64,000 nt of DNA from positions 5,249,760 to 5,313,759 of the forward strand of contig OY970385.1 of the NCBI GenBank assembly GCA_963719445.1, given 5' to 3'. The DNA is from Bryobacterales bacterium. Its GTDB lineage: Bacteria > Acidobacteriota > Terriglobia > Bryobacterales > Bryobacteraceae. Positions 50,996-59,620 of this stretch are shown one piece after another; position 1 is the first letter of the stretch, and the number at the start of each line of letters is the position of its first letter. Position numbers and translations under genes: made by a program. The notes below the pieces were generated by a model. The model saw only the letters and a list, made by a program, of their open reading frames with translations, searched no databases and had not been told where the DNA came from.

Positions 50996-51373
50996 GTGAT
51001 GCTCCTCGACGTATTGATCGTGGACGATTCGGCCGCCATCCGCAGAATTCTCCAGCGCGTGCTGCGGCAGGCGGAGGTGCCGCTCGGCGAGGTCTATGAG
51101 GCTGGTGACGGGCTGGAAGCATTGAAGACGCTGGACAGCAAGCGCGTGGACCTGGTCCTGGCCGATATCAACATGCCCAACATGGACGGACTGCAGTTAT
51201 TGGGTCAGATCAAAACCGCCGAGAAGTGGAAACACGTGCCGGTAGTGATGGTCACTACGGAAGGCGGCGAGAGCAAGGTGATGTCGGCGGCCAAGCTGGG
51301 GGCCGCCGGCTACGTGCGCAAGCCGTTCTCGGCCGAGCAGTTGCGGCAGACGTTGGATGGAATCTTCACTTAG
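50996..51373 (+). CDS. cheY: CheY-like single-domain response regulator
   Basis: VLIVDDSAAIRRIL...DLVLADINMPNMDGLQLL...VVMVTTEG...GAAGYVRKPFSAEQL. Confidence 0.85.
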   Translation: MMLLDVLIVDDSAAIRRILQRVLRQAEVPLGEVYEAGDGLEALKTLDSKRVDLVLADINMPNMDGLQLLGQIKTAEKWKHVPVVMVTTEGGESKVMSAAKLGAAGYVRKPFSAEQLRQTLDGIFT

Positions 51374-51392
51374 GGCGGCAGGAAGGAACGGG

Positions 51393-51953
51393 ATGAAAAC
51401 GCTCGACCACCGGAAAGTGACTGACGCGGTCCGGACCGCGACCCGCGAAGTGTTCTCGATGATGGTGGGCCTGGAGGTTGAAGCCGAGCCACCCTACGAA
51501 GAGGCGAATTCGACCGGCAACGTGGACGGTGTGGTGGCGCTGATCGGGCTGGCCGGCCAGTGGGTCGGCGGAGGCGTTCTGCAGTGCGACGCAGCCTTGG
51601 CGCGCCGGCTCTATTCGAGCCTGCTGATGACCGAGTGCGACGCGTCGAGCGACGGGGTCAACGAAGAGGTGCTGGATGCCGTGGCCGAGATCGCGAACAT
51701 GATCATCGGGAACGTGAAGAACGAGATGGAACGGGACCTGGGACCGATCGGGCTGGGCATCCCCAGCGTGGTCTACGGCCGGAACTTCACTACGCGGAAT
51801 GCGGGCAGCAACTGGATCGTCAGCCCGTTCGCCTGCGGTGGCGGCCGCATGCTGGTGAAGTTCTGCCTCACACCGCCGGCCAGCAACGGCAGCGGCTCCG
51901 CCGAGCTTCTGGGACGCGAATCCGTCCGCGCCAAGCACCCCGCCACAGCATAA
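51393..51953 (+). CDS. cheX: CheX-like CheY-P phosphatase
   Basis: ATG 51393 preceded by AGGAAGGA. VFSMMVGLEVE...VVALIGLAGQW.G...DAVAEIANMIIGNVKN resembles the CheX/CheC-family EIxNMIxG pattern. Confidence 0.7.
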   Translation: MKTLDHRKVTDAVRTATREVFSMMVGLEVEAEPPYEEANSTGNVDGVVALIGLAGQWVGGGVLQCDAALARRLYSSLLMTECDASSDGVNEEVLDAVAEIANMIIGNVKNEMERDLGPIGLGIPSVVYGRNFTTRNAGSNWIVSPFACGGGRMLVKFCLTPPASNGSGSAELLGRESVRAKHPATA

Positions 51954-52018
51954 ACGCCCCCGGCTACAGTTTCCCGCCGGGTGCGCCGATAAAACTGAAG
52001 GATCGCGGAGGATCGACC

Positions 52019-52528
52019 ATGCAGGCAGTCGCCGAAAAAGAGCCATCGGCCAAGAGCGATCAGCGGCCGGGCAAGTACCTCACTTTTCAACTGGGCCAGG
52101 AGGAATTCGGGATCCAGGTGGTCAAGGTCCGGGAAATCATGGGGCTCCAGGACATTACGGCCGTGCCGCAAACGCCCGGCTATGTTAAAGGAGTCATCAA
52201 CCTCCGGGGGAAGGTCACTCCGGTGGTGGACCTGCGCTTGAAATTCGGGCTGCCGGAAGCCGAATACACCCAGCGCACCTGTATCATCGTGGTGCAGGTG
52301 ACCGGCGGCGCGGGCCCGATGCTGATGGGAATCATCGTCGACAGCGTTTCGGAAGTACTCAACCTTACCGCGGCCGACATTGAGGACACGCCGGATTTCG
52401 GCAGTGGCGCCGCCACGCCGTTTCTGTTGGGCATGGCCAAAACCAAGGGCAAGGTGAAGCTCTTGCTCGAAATAGGCGAGGTTCTGACCAGCCAGGAACT
52501 CGGCGGCCTGCACGCGATGCTGGAATAG
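52019..52528 (+). CDS. cheW: Chemotaxis coupling protein CheW
   Basis: KYLTFQLGQEEFGIQVVKVREIMGLQDITAVPQTPGYVKGVINLRGKVTPVVDLRLKFGL...GIIVDSVSEVLNL. Confidence 0.9.
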   Translation: MQAVAEKEPSAKSDQRPGKYLTFQLGQEEFGIQVVKVREIMGLQDITAVPQTPGYVKGVINLRGKVTPVVDLRLKFGLPEAEYTQRTCIIVVQVTGGAGPMLMGIIVDSVSEVLNLTAADIEDTPDFGSGAATPFLLGMAKTKGKVKLLLEIGEVLTSQELGGLHAMLE

Positions 52529-52646
52529 GGGACGGTCGCAGCGGAGATTCAGCGCGTGGCGGCCCCCGATTCCCGGCAGTCGGTTCCGCCCGCACTCTAC
52601 AGAATCCCGCGCCACCCGCCGATTGTGGAGTCGGAGGCCTTCCATT

Positions 52647-53600
52647 TTGGATCGCTCGCTCACCCAGGACGAGATAGACGGCCTGTTTCGGACCAACCGC
52701 CACGCAGAGCAGGCGGCCGCGCGCGCCATCCCCTACGATTTCCGCCGCCCGGACCGTATCGCCAAGGAACAGCTCCGCGCCGTCCACCTGCTGCACGACA
52801 GCTTCGCCCGAACTTTGGCTTCCAGCCTGTCGGCCTACCTGCGCGCGTACGTGGTGGTAAACCTGGTCTCGGTCGAGCAGCTTTCTTTCGCGGAGTTCTC
52901 GCAATGTCTGCCGTCGCCCACCTGCCTGGTCTCGCTGGGGCTGAAGCCGTACGAGGGAAGCGCCGTGCTTGAGATCAGTTCGGCCCTGGTGTTCCCCGTT
53001 CTCGAAATGCTGCTTGGAGGCAGCGGCAAGACCAGCGCCAACATCCGGCGCGAAGTGACGGAAATCGAGCAGGTGGTGCTCGACGGACTGTACCGCATCA
53101 TCCTGCACGACCTGCGCCAGGCCTGGCAGGGCATCACGCCCATCGACTTCACGATCGAGGCGCGCGAGACCGAACCGCAATTGCTGCAGGTCATGGCGCC
53201 CAACGAGGCGGTGGTCGCCATCGGCCTGGAAGTCCGCATGGCCGACAACTCCGGAATGATCAACATCGGCATGCCATCCATCGTCATCAAGATGCTGCGG
53301 CAGAAATTCGAGCAGCAGTGGAGCGTGCGGCGCGCGCAATCGACCGACGAAGAGCAGCTTCGCGTGCTGCGGTTGCTCAGGCCCGGACGGCTAAGCATGG
53401 ATGCGCGCCTCGAAGGACCCTTCGTGCTGACCGAGGACCTGGGGCGTCTGCAGCCCGGGGATGTCCTTCGGTTCGACTTTCCGGTCGAAAGGGCGGTGTC
53501 CCTGCTGGTGAACGGCAAGCACAAGTACGACGGGCATCTGGTGACCACCGGTCAGAAGAGAGCCTTCCTGGTCGCCGAAGTCCGCCGGCCTGTCGACTAG
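52647..53600 (+). CDS. fliM: Flagellar motor switch protein FliM
   Basis: TTG 52647 gives MDRSLTQDEIDGLF, the CheY-P-binding LSQxEIDxLL-type N-terminus. YDFRRPDRIAKEQLRAVHLLHDSFARTLASSLSAYLR...EFSQCLP...EIEQVVLDGL. C-terminal SpoA-like domain (GDVLRFD...VNGKHKY). Confidence 0.85.
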   Translation: MDRSLTQDEIDGLFRTNRHAEQAAARAIPYDFRRPDRIAKEQLRAVHLLHDSFARTLASSLSAYLRAYVVVNLVSVEQLSFAEFSQCLPSPTCLVSLGLKPYEGSAVLEISSALVFPVLEMLLGGSGKTSANIRREVTEIEQVVLDGLYRIILHDLRQAWQGITPIDFTIEARETEPQLLQVMAPNEAVVAIGLEVRMADNSGMINIGMPSIVIKMLRQKFEQQWSVRRAQSTDEEQLRVLRLLRPGRLSMDARLEGPFVLTEDLGRLQPGDVLRFDFPVERAVSLLVNGKHKYDGHLVTTGQKRAFLVAEVRRPVD

Positions 53601-53674
53601 TGCGGGTGTCCTCTAACAGCGCGGTCGTGAGCGCATGTCCGCAGCGGTGTTGTACAATTTGAGTTCAACCCCTC

Positions 53675-53751
53675 GGGCGCGTAGCTCAGTTGGTTAGAGC
53701 GCCTGCTTCACACGCAGGAGGTCACAGGTTCGAGTCCTGTCGCGCCCACCA
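53675..53751 (+). tRNA. tRNA-Val (anticodon CAC), CCA encoded
   Basis: Manual fold. Acceptor GGGCGCG/CGCGCCC. D arm GCTC-AGTTGGTTA-GAGC. Anticodon arm CCTGC-TTCACAC-GCAGG (CAC at positions 34-36). Variable loop AGGTC. T arm ACAGG-TTCGAGT-CCTGT. Discriminator A plus CCA. Confidence 0.95.
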
Positions 53752-53869
53752 CTCCATTGATAACACGCATCGCATACTTGAGTGGTGCTTTCGGATCGTC
53801 TCAAGACCGGTCCCCGCCCATAGCGCTGTGCTGTCACTTTTCTCGCCGGCCAGGCACGCCTTTTGGGAA

Positions 53870-54904
53870 TCAGTCCGTGCGTCCCCTCTGTCCGGTATTT
53901 ATCTCCTTCTCCAGCACCTCCAGCGTGCGCATGATGGCGTCGAGCGCTGGAGGCGTGCCGACGATCATCACTCCCATGTTCCGGTAGTCCCGCTCCAGTT
54001 CCGGCATGCGCATATCCGGCGGTACCAAGCGAAAGGTTCCGGGACGCGCTAGATCATACCGTGCCCAGGCGGCGGGGTAGAACAGCTCCTTGTGACGAAC
54101 GACCTGGCCGAGAAGCGCTATGTCTTCCAGGGCCTCGGCGCGGATCGGGCCTTTGGCCAGCATGGCAACGTCATAGTAGTGGCGCGAGTATCGGTCCGGC
54201 ATCAGCTTCCCCGGCGGACGGTGATATTCCGCGTGAAGGATCGTCGCCTTCTCCCACAAGCTCCGTTTCGCCAGCAGTGCGACCACTCCGACATCGCCCT
54301 CAAAAACCATGTCCGGAAACTCTTCGCTCACGAACGAGTGGATCGTAAAGTGATCGCGCGGGACAAACTCCGCATGCGTTCCCATCTCAAGGACGACTTG
54401 CGGGACAACATAGCCAAGGCTCTTGCTGATGGCCACAGGGTAGCGAAACTGAACGATATTCGGGTCCCGGTCGCTGACACCCAGAGCCCACAATCCGGTC
54501 GCTCCGAGCACGCTCTCGCACCGCGCCCTGAACGAATTCAGGAACTCGCCGCCAATGTACTGCTGGCAGGCCGTCATCATGTCCGCGAGGATGCCCGCCC
54601 GCTTTGTCTTCGAGATCCTCCCCTGCCTGGGGTCCCTCTCTCCTGTAAATCCGAGGGCCGCATAATCGACAGCCAGATCGATATCCTCCGAGAACCGGTT
54701 TATGGCGTGGAAGATCTTTGAGAGCGATGTCCCGCCCTTGAAGAGAAGACGATCCGAGAGTTCCTCGATCGAGAAGAGCTGCTTCAGCACCCAGCAAACC
54801 CAGAAATCCTTTTCGATAATGGCCTCAGGCAAGCCCTTGCGGTCCGCCGTCTCCGCGAACACGTCAGCCCGCTCGGTCGCGGTCATTCGTGCGATCTTGT
54901 TCAA
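53870..54904 (-). CDS. abiEii: AbiEii/AbiGii-family nucleotidyltransferase toxin (DUF1814)
   Basis: IIEKDFWVCWVLKQLF...LLFKGGTSLSKIF..INRFSEDIDLAV is the DUF1814 nucleotidyltransferase signature. It sits downstream of, and overlaps by 4 nt, its antitoxin gene. Confidence 0.85.
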   Translation of the reverse strand: MNKIARMTATERADVFAETADRKGLPEAIIEKDFWVCWVLKQLFSIEELSDRLLFKGGTSLSKIFHAINRFSEDIDLAVDYAALGFTGERDPRQGRISKTKRAGILADMMTACQQYIGGEFLNSFRARCESVLGATGLWALGVSDRDPNIVQFRYPVAISKSLGYVVPQVVLEMGTHAEFVPRDHFTIHSFVSEEFPDMVFEGDVGVVALLAKRSLWEKATILHAEYHRPPGKLMPDRYSRHYYDVAMLAKGPIRAEALEDIALLGQVVRHKELFYPAAWARYDLARPGTFRLVPPDMRMPELERDYRNMGVMIVGTPPALDAIMRTLEVLEKEINTGQRGRTD

Positions 54905-55509
54905 GCGCTTTTCTCCGCAATGGCTTTTGCGAGTTCGTAGATCCAGCCCACGCCGAACCTCGTATTCTTCACGAGCTTGTGCTTTTCTGCAAGCGACAGG
55001 GTGCCATGCAACGTCTCGATCTCGCGGGGACCTACGCGTTCCTTTCCGAGATGGCGCAACGCCTGAACCACGAGGGCAAGCTTACCGTCCAGCCCGGCCA
55101 GGGCTTTTGGACGCGCATGTTTGAAATGGATGCTACGCCGACCGATCTGCACATCCTTGCTCGGGCCATCCGTCAGGTACACGATCTTGGCGGGCACCTG
55201 CGTCGAGAGCCCGAGCAGATTTGCCGCCCACGCACCGTCCGGCACAATCTTCCATCGCTGCCTTCGGGCGATGGCGCGCGCCGCCTCATCGATGTCCGGG
55301 CTCAACCTCCCACCGAGCGCCGGATTGATTTTGGGCATGTCATACAGTCCCCGCCGGACACGCCTGATCTTGCCGCTGCGAGTAAGACTTGCGAGGGTCA
55401 CGTCGGTCATGGTTCGACTGGCGATGTCGAGAAAATCCTTAGCCGAGAATGCCTTGCCTGCACCGCGGCGCTCGATCCTCGCAACTATCTGATCGCGCAT
55501 GGTTTGCAT
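54901..55509 (-). CDS. abiEi: AbiEi-family type IV antitoxin / transcriptional regulator
   Basis: N-terminal winged-helix (FSAKDFLDIASRTMTDVTLASLTRSGKIRRVRRGLY) and a C-terminal domain, in the AbiEi gene order directly upstream of AbiEii. RBS GGAGGG lies before the ATG at 55509. Confidence 0.8.
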   Translation of the reverse strand: MQTMRDQIVARIERRGAGKAFSAKDFLDIASRTMTDVTLASLTRSGKIRRVRRGLYDMPKINPALGGRLSPDIDEAARAIARRQRWKIVPDGAWAANLLGLSTQVPAKIVYLTDGPSKDVQIGRRSIHFKHARPKALAGLDGKLALVVQALRHLGKERVGPREIETLHGTLSLAEKHKLVKNTRFGVGWIYELAKAIAEKSA

Positions 55510-55529
55510 CGTTCCCTCCGCTCTGTAGA

Positions 55530-55558
55530 TTAAGAAAAACTATACCACTTTTTCTTAA
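55530..55558. promoter_or_regulatory. Candidate AbiEi operator: 10-bp inverted repeat TTAAGAAAAA-N9-TTTTTCTTAA
   Basis: Perfect palindrome arms at 55530-55539 and 55549-55558, 21 nt upstream of the abiEi start codon, in an AT-rich patch. Confidence 0.45.
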
Positions 55559-55911
55559 GGACTGCAAGCGTTGGTCCATCGCTCAACCACTACTTGCTGG
55601 GCGCCTCGTACGTCGGCGTCCTGTCGTACCGGCATGTCCTCTTTGACCGTGTCCGCGAAAACCGGCGGGGGGAAAGCACTCTAGCCGCCGCGTGCTGCTA
55701 TGTCAATTGAGGGAACCGCCAAGCGGGAGACACGATCGTCTAAACCGAGTCCTACCGATTCTCGGGGCAAGGGCTGTTCCACTACGCAGATGTGTGATTC
55801 ATTCCCGCGACCGCCAGCCAAGCCCTTGAGACTCCAGGGGCTTGGCTGGCAATCACGATCAGCGATGAACGTTCGCCGCGGCCGATGGTAACCTACAACA
55901 CGAGGTGAGCC

Positions 55912-57066
55912 GTGATCGAGATTGCTCTGCTGTTCTTCCGTGGCCGCGCCGTGTCGTGGCTGCTTGTTCTCTTGCTGGCTGTAGCGGCTCCGCTTGCCGC
56001 AAGCGAGCACCGCTGGCCTGAGCAGAAGGCGAACGAGTGGTACCAGCATCAGCCCTGGCTCGTCGGCGCCAACTTCATTCCCCAGGACGCCATCAACCAG
56101 CTCGAGATGTGGCAGGCCGATACGTTCGACCCTAAGGAAATCGACCGCGAGCTGGGTTGGGCCGAGGGCATCGGCATGAACACCATGCGCGTCTTTCTGC
56201 ACGACCTGCTCTGGCAGCAGGACCAGGCGGGCTTCGAGCGGCGCCTCGACACGTTCCTCGCCATCGCGGCGAAGCATCATATACGCCCCCTGCTGGTGCT
56301 GTTCGACTCCTGCTGGGACCCCTATCCCAGGCTCGGTCCGCAGCACCCGCCCATACCCGGCGTGCACAACTCCGGCTGGGTGCAGAGCCCCGGAGCGAAC
56401 GCCCTCGCCGATCCCAGCCAGTATGCCCGGCTGCGCGCTTACACAACTGGGATCATCAAGGCCTTCGCCAACGACCAGCGCATCCTGGGCTGGGACCTGT
56501 GGAACGAGCCCGATAACGGCAACGTGCCCGCCGACAGCCAGGTCGAGCTGAAGAACAAGGTCGAGCTCGTCGATGCGCTGCTGCCCAAGGCCTTCGCGTG
56601 GGCGCGTGAGGCCAATCCGGCGCAGCCGCTGACCAGCGGCATCTGGACCGGCGACTGGTCCTCGCTCGACAAGATGTCGTCCACCGCGCGCATCCAGATC
56701 GCCGAGTCCGACGTCATCTCCTTCCACAACTACGACTGGCCGGAAAGCTTCGAGCGGCACGTGCGCATGTTGCAGCAGTTCCGCCGCCCGCTGATCTGCA
56801 CGGAGTACATGGCGCGCGGCAACGGCAGCACGTTCGACACCGTGCTGCCGGTGGCCAAGCGGCTCAACGTTGCGGCCATCAACTGGGGCCTCGTCCTCGG
56901 CAAGACGCAAACCAACCTGCCGTGGGATTCCTGGGTGCGCCCATACACGCTGCAGCAGCCGCAGATCTGGTTCCACGACGTCTTCTACGGCGACGGAACG
57001 CCCTATCGCGAACGCGAGGTGGAGATCATTCGCGAGCTAACCGGCCGCGGCTCGACCCCCCACTAA
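55912..57066 (+). CDS. Secreted clan GH-A glycoside hydrolase (cellulase/mannanase/xylanase-like TIM barrel)
   Basis: GTG start. Signal peptide LLVLLLAVAAPLAAS. MNTMRVFLHDLLW...LGWDLWNEPDN (acid/base NEP motif)...SFHNY...LICTEY (nucleophile Glu). Confidence 0.75.
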   Translation: MIEIALLFFRGRAVSWLLVLLLAVAAPLAASEHRWPEQKANEWYQHQPWLVGANFIPQDAINQLEMWQADTFDPKEIDRELGWAEGIGMNTMRVFLHDLLWQQDQAGFERRLDTFLAIAAKHHIRPLLVLFDSCWDPYPRLGPQHPPIPGVHNSGWVQSPGANALADPSQYARLRAYTTGIIKAFANDQRILGWDLWNEPDNGNVPADSQVELKNKVELVDALLPKAFAWAREANPAQPLTSGIWTGDWSSLDKMSSTARIQIAESDVISFHNYDWPESFERHVRMLQQFRRPLICTEYMARGNGSTFDTVLPVAKRLNVAAINWGLVLGKTQTNLPWDSWVRPYTLQQPQIWFHDVFYGDGTPYREREVEIIRELTGRGSTPH

Positions 57067-57170
57067 GCCTGCTTCTCGGGCCACTGGCCTTTATGCAGGA
57101 AGATGCTATTCATAGTGACAGACGTCAAGATGGCGTACCGATCCGGTGTCATCGGACATGGAGGTTGCCA

Positions 57171-58700
57171 ATGGACTCGAAAGATTCTTCTGCCCGGTCG
57201 TTAGACCGGCGCGCCTTTCTCCGCGCCGCCGGCGCCGGCCTGCTTGCGCTCGAGGCCCGCGCGGGGGCCGATGAGCGGGACCTCGGAGCCATCCGATCCG
57301 AGATCGAAAAACGCCATGGCGAAGCGGTCGCGCGCCTTCAGGATTGGATACGGCAGCCCTCGATTGCGGCCGAGAACAACGGCGTCCAGGAAGGCTGCGA
57401 TCTCACTAGGCGCCTCCTCCGGGACGCCGGATTCGACCGCGTCACGAAGGCGCCCACCGACGGCCAGCCCGGCATTTTCGCCACCCTCGATGCCGGCGCT
57501 CCCCGCACCGTGGGGCTCTACTTCATGTACGACGTCAAGCAGGTTGACCCGGCGGAATGGTCGTCCCCTCCCTGGGCCGCCGCGCTCGTGGACAAGCCCG
57601 GCATAGGGAAAGTTGTCGTGGGCCGCGGCGCGGTCAATCAAAAAGGTCCGGAATCCGCTCTGCTGGCCGCGCTGCACGCTTTCCGCGGCGCGGGCCGGAA
57701 ACTTCCGGTCAACCTCGTGCTGGTCGCCGAGGGCGAAGAGGAGATCGGCTCCCCCCACTTCCCCCAGATCGTGCAGCGGCCCGAGGTCCAGGCCGCCCTG
57801 GCGCGCTCCATCGGCGTGATCATGCCGAGCGCCGCGCAGGGGTTGGACGGCCAGGTGACCGTCGACTTGGGCGCCAAGGGAGTCATTGAGCTTGAGCTCG
57901 TCTCGAGCGGAGAACGCTGGGGCCGCGGGCCAAGCCACGACATCCACTCCAGCAACAAGGCGCGGGTCGATAGCCCGGCGTGGCACCTGGTCCAGGCGCT
58001 CCATACGCTGGTGTCCGAGGATGGAAACGAACCGTTCATCGAGGGTTTCGCCGATCGCGCGCGCCCCATCTCCACGGAAGAAAAGGCAATGATCGCGCAA
58101 GCGGCCGGCCGCCTCAACGAGGAGATGGCCAAGAAGCAGTTCGGCGTCACCCACTGGGTCCACGACGTCGGGTGGCGCGAAGCGCTGGAGCTTCTCGTCT
58201 CGCGGCCCACGGTCAATATCGAGGGCTTGGTTGGCGGCTACACCGGGCCAGGCGGCAAGACCATTCTTCCCCATCGGGCCGTCGCCAAGCTCGACCTGCG
58301 GCTGGTGCCGGACATGACCGCGGCCGGGGCGCTCGCCGCGTTGAAGGCGCATCTGGCGAAACGCGGCTTCGGGGACATAGAAGTTAACATGACCGGCGGC
58401 TACGATCCCACGAGCACCCCGGCCGTGAGCGCGCTGATCCGCGCCGAGACCACCGTCTACCGCCGGAACCGGATCGATCCGCTGATGTGGCCGCGCTCGG
58501 CCGGCTCTTGGCCCGGTTATGTCTTTACCGGCGCTCCGCTAAACCTGCCCGCGGGCCACTTCGGTCTGGGGCATGGCGACGGAGCCCACGCGCCGAACGA
58601 ATACTACATCATCGAATCGGCGAACCCCAACGTGCAGGGCTTCGACGGCGCGGCGCTCTCCTTCGTCGACTACTTCTACGAGCTGGCCGCGGCGAGGTAA
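57171..58700 (+). CDS. M20-family metallopeptidase with twin-arginine signal
   Basis: ATG 57171 preceded by GGAGG. Tat motif LDRRAFLRAAGAG. LYFMYDVKQVDP...GRGAVNQKGP...VAEGEEEIGS...HAPNEY. The track ORF start at 56922 lies inside the previous gene. Confidence 0.85.
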   Translation: MDSKDSSARSLDRRAFLRAAGAGLLALEARAGADERDLGAIRSEIEKRHGEAVARLQDWIRQPSIAAENNGVQEGCDLTRRLLRDAGFDRVTKAPTDGQPGIFATLDAGAPRTVGLYFMYDVKQVDPAEWSSPPWAAALVDKPGIGKVVVGRGAVNQKGPESALLAALHAFRGAGRKLPVNLVLVAEGEEEIGSPHFPQIVQRPEVQAALARSIGVIMPSAAQGLDGQVTVDLGAKGVIELELVSSGERWGRGPSHDIHSSNKARVDSPAWHLVQALHTLVSEDGNEPFIEGFADRARPISTEEKAMIAQAAGRLNEEMAKKQFGVTHWVHDVGWREALELLVSRPTVNIEGLVGGYTGPGGKTILPHRAVAKLDLRLVPDMTAAGALAALKAHLAKRGFGDIEVNMTGGYDPTSTPAVSALIRAETTVYRRNRIDPLMWPRSAGSWPGYVFTGAPLNLPAGHFGLGHGDGAHAPNEYYIIESANPNVQGFDGAALSFVDYFYELAAAR

Positions 58701-58763
58701 ACCCAGTTGTGGCGCACGCTTCAGGGGCTGATGAAAAAGCCATGGAACTCAATCTGGGCCGCT

Positions 58764-58825
58764 GATGAACGCGGATCAACGCGGATAAATCACTGGTTTT
58801 CAATCAGCGTTTATCGGCGTTTATC
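58764..58825. repeat. Palindromic array of 10-bp units (3 forward GATNAACGCG, 3 inverted)
   Basis: Forward units GATGAACGCG, GATCAACGCG, GATAAATCAC (58764-58793), then on the other strand GATAAACGCC, GATAAACGCT, GATTGAAAAC (58796-58825). Located between convergent genes. Confidence 0.5.
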
Positions 58826-58876
58826 CGCGGCCAGCAATCGTGCCGTGTCGGCACTCGTGCCGGCGCCAGAGCCGCC

Positions 58877-59620
58877 TCAGCCCGCCGCGTCCGCGCCCTC
58901 CAGCCACCGCGCGGCCGCCTGGTCCAGAAACCACACCACCGGCCGCCCCTCGCGCGCGCCGAGTTGCGCCGGATAACACACCGGGTCGTACGGCTCGTGG
59001 AAGACGCTCCGCAGCGCCTGCGCCTTGTCCGGCCCCGCGGCCAGCACCGCCGTGCTCCGCGCCGCCAGCAGCGGCCCGGGCAGCAGCGTGATCCGCCACA
59101 TGGACTTCTTCTCCACATAGACGGCGGCAGCCAGCCCCTGCCGGTCCTCCACCAGCGGCTGGCCCGGAAAGAGGCTGGCGGTGTGCGCGTCCGGTCCCAT
59201 GCCCCGGTGGACCACGTCGAACTCCGGCATCTCCCCCGGACCGAGTCCGAAGAACTCGCGGATCTCCTGCGCGTATGCCCGCGCCGCCGCCTCCGGCATC
59301 AGCTCGCCGCGGATGCGGTGTACGTTCCGTGGCGGCACGTGTGCCGGCAACAGCAGCGTTTCGGCGGCCAGTCTGTAGTTGCTCTCGGCGTCGGTGGGCG
59401 TTACCGCGCGCTCATCCACCCAGAAGACCTGGATGCGGTTCCAGGGCAGCTTCATCGCCGCCAGGCGGGCGAACATCGGCCTCGGCGTCGCGCCTCCGGA
59501 AAGCGCCAGCGTTGCATAACCGCGCTCGCCGAGCGGTTCCTCGATCTGCCCGGCTATGTGTTCCGCGCACGCTTCCGCCGCGGCCTTCGCTGCCGGAAAC
59601 GAGTGCCACTCAAAAGGCAT
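58877..59620 (-). CDS. pgl: 6-phosphogluconolactonase
   Basis: Start ATG 59620. LALSGGATPRPMF...WNRIQVFWVDERAV...SNYRLA...FDVVHRGMGPDAHTASLFPG. Confidence 0.9.
   Translation of the reverse strand: MPFEWHSFPAAKAAAEACAEHIAGQIEEPLGERGYATLALSGGATPRPMFARLAAMKLPWNRIQVFWVDERAVTPTDAESNYRLAAETLLLPAHVPPRNVHRIRGELMPEAAARAYAQEIREFFGLGPGEMPEFDVVHRGMGPDAHTASLFPGQPLVEDRQGLAAAVYVEKKSMWRITLLPGPLLAARSTAVLAAGPDKAQALRSVFHEPYDPVCYPAQLGAREGRPVVWFLDQAAARWLEGADAAG

Noticed and set aside
55745-55760. Possible attR (partial repeat of the tRNA-Val T-arm) closing the AbiE islet
   Set aside because: Only about 12 of 14 positions match, with no extension. This could easily arise by chance in GC-rich DNA. It is mentioned in the finding but not called as a feature.
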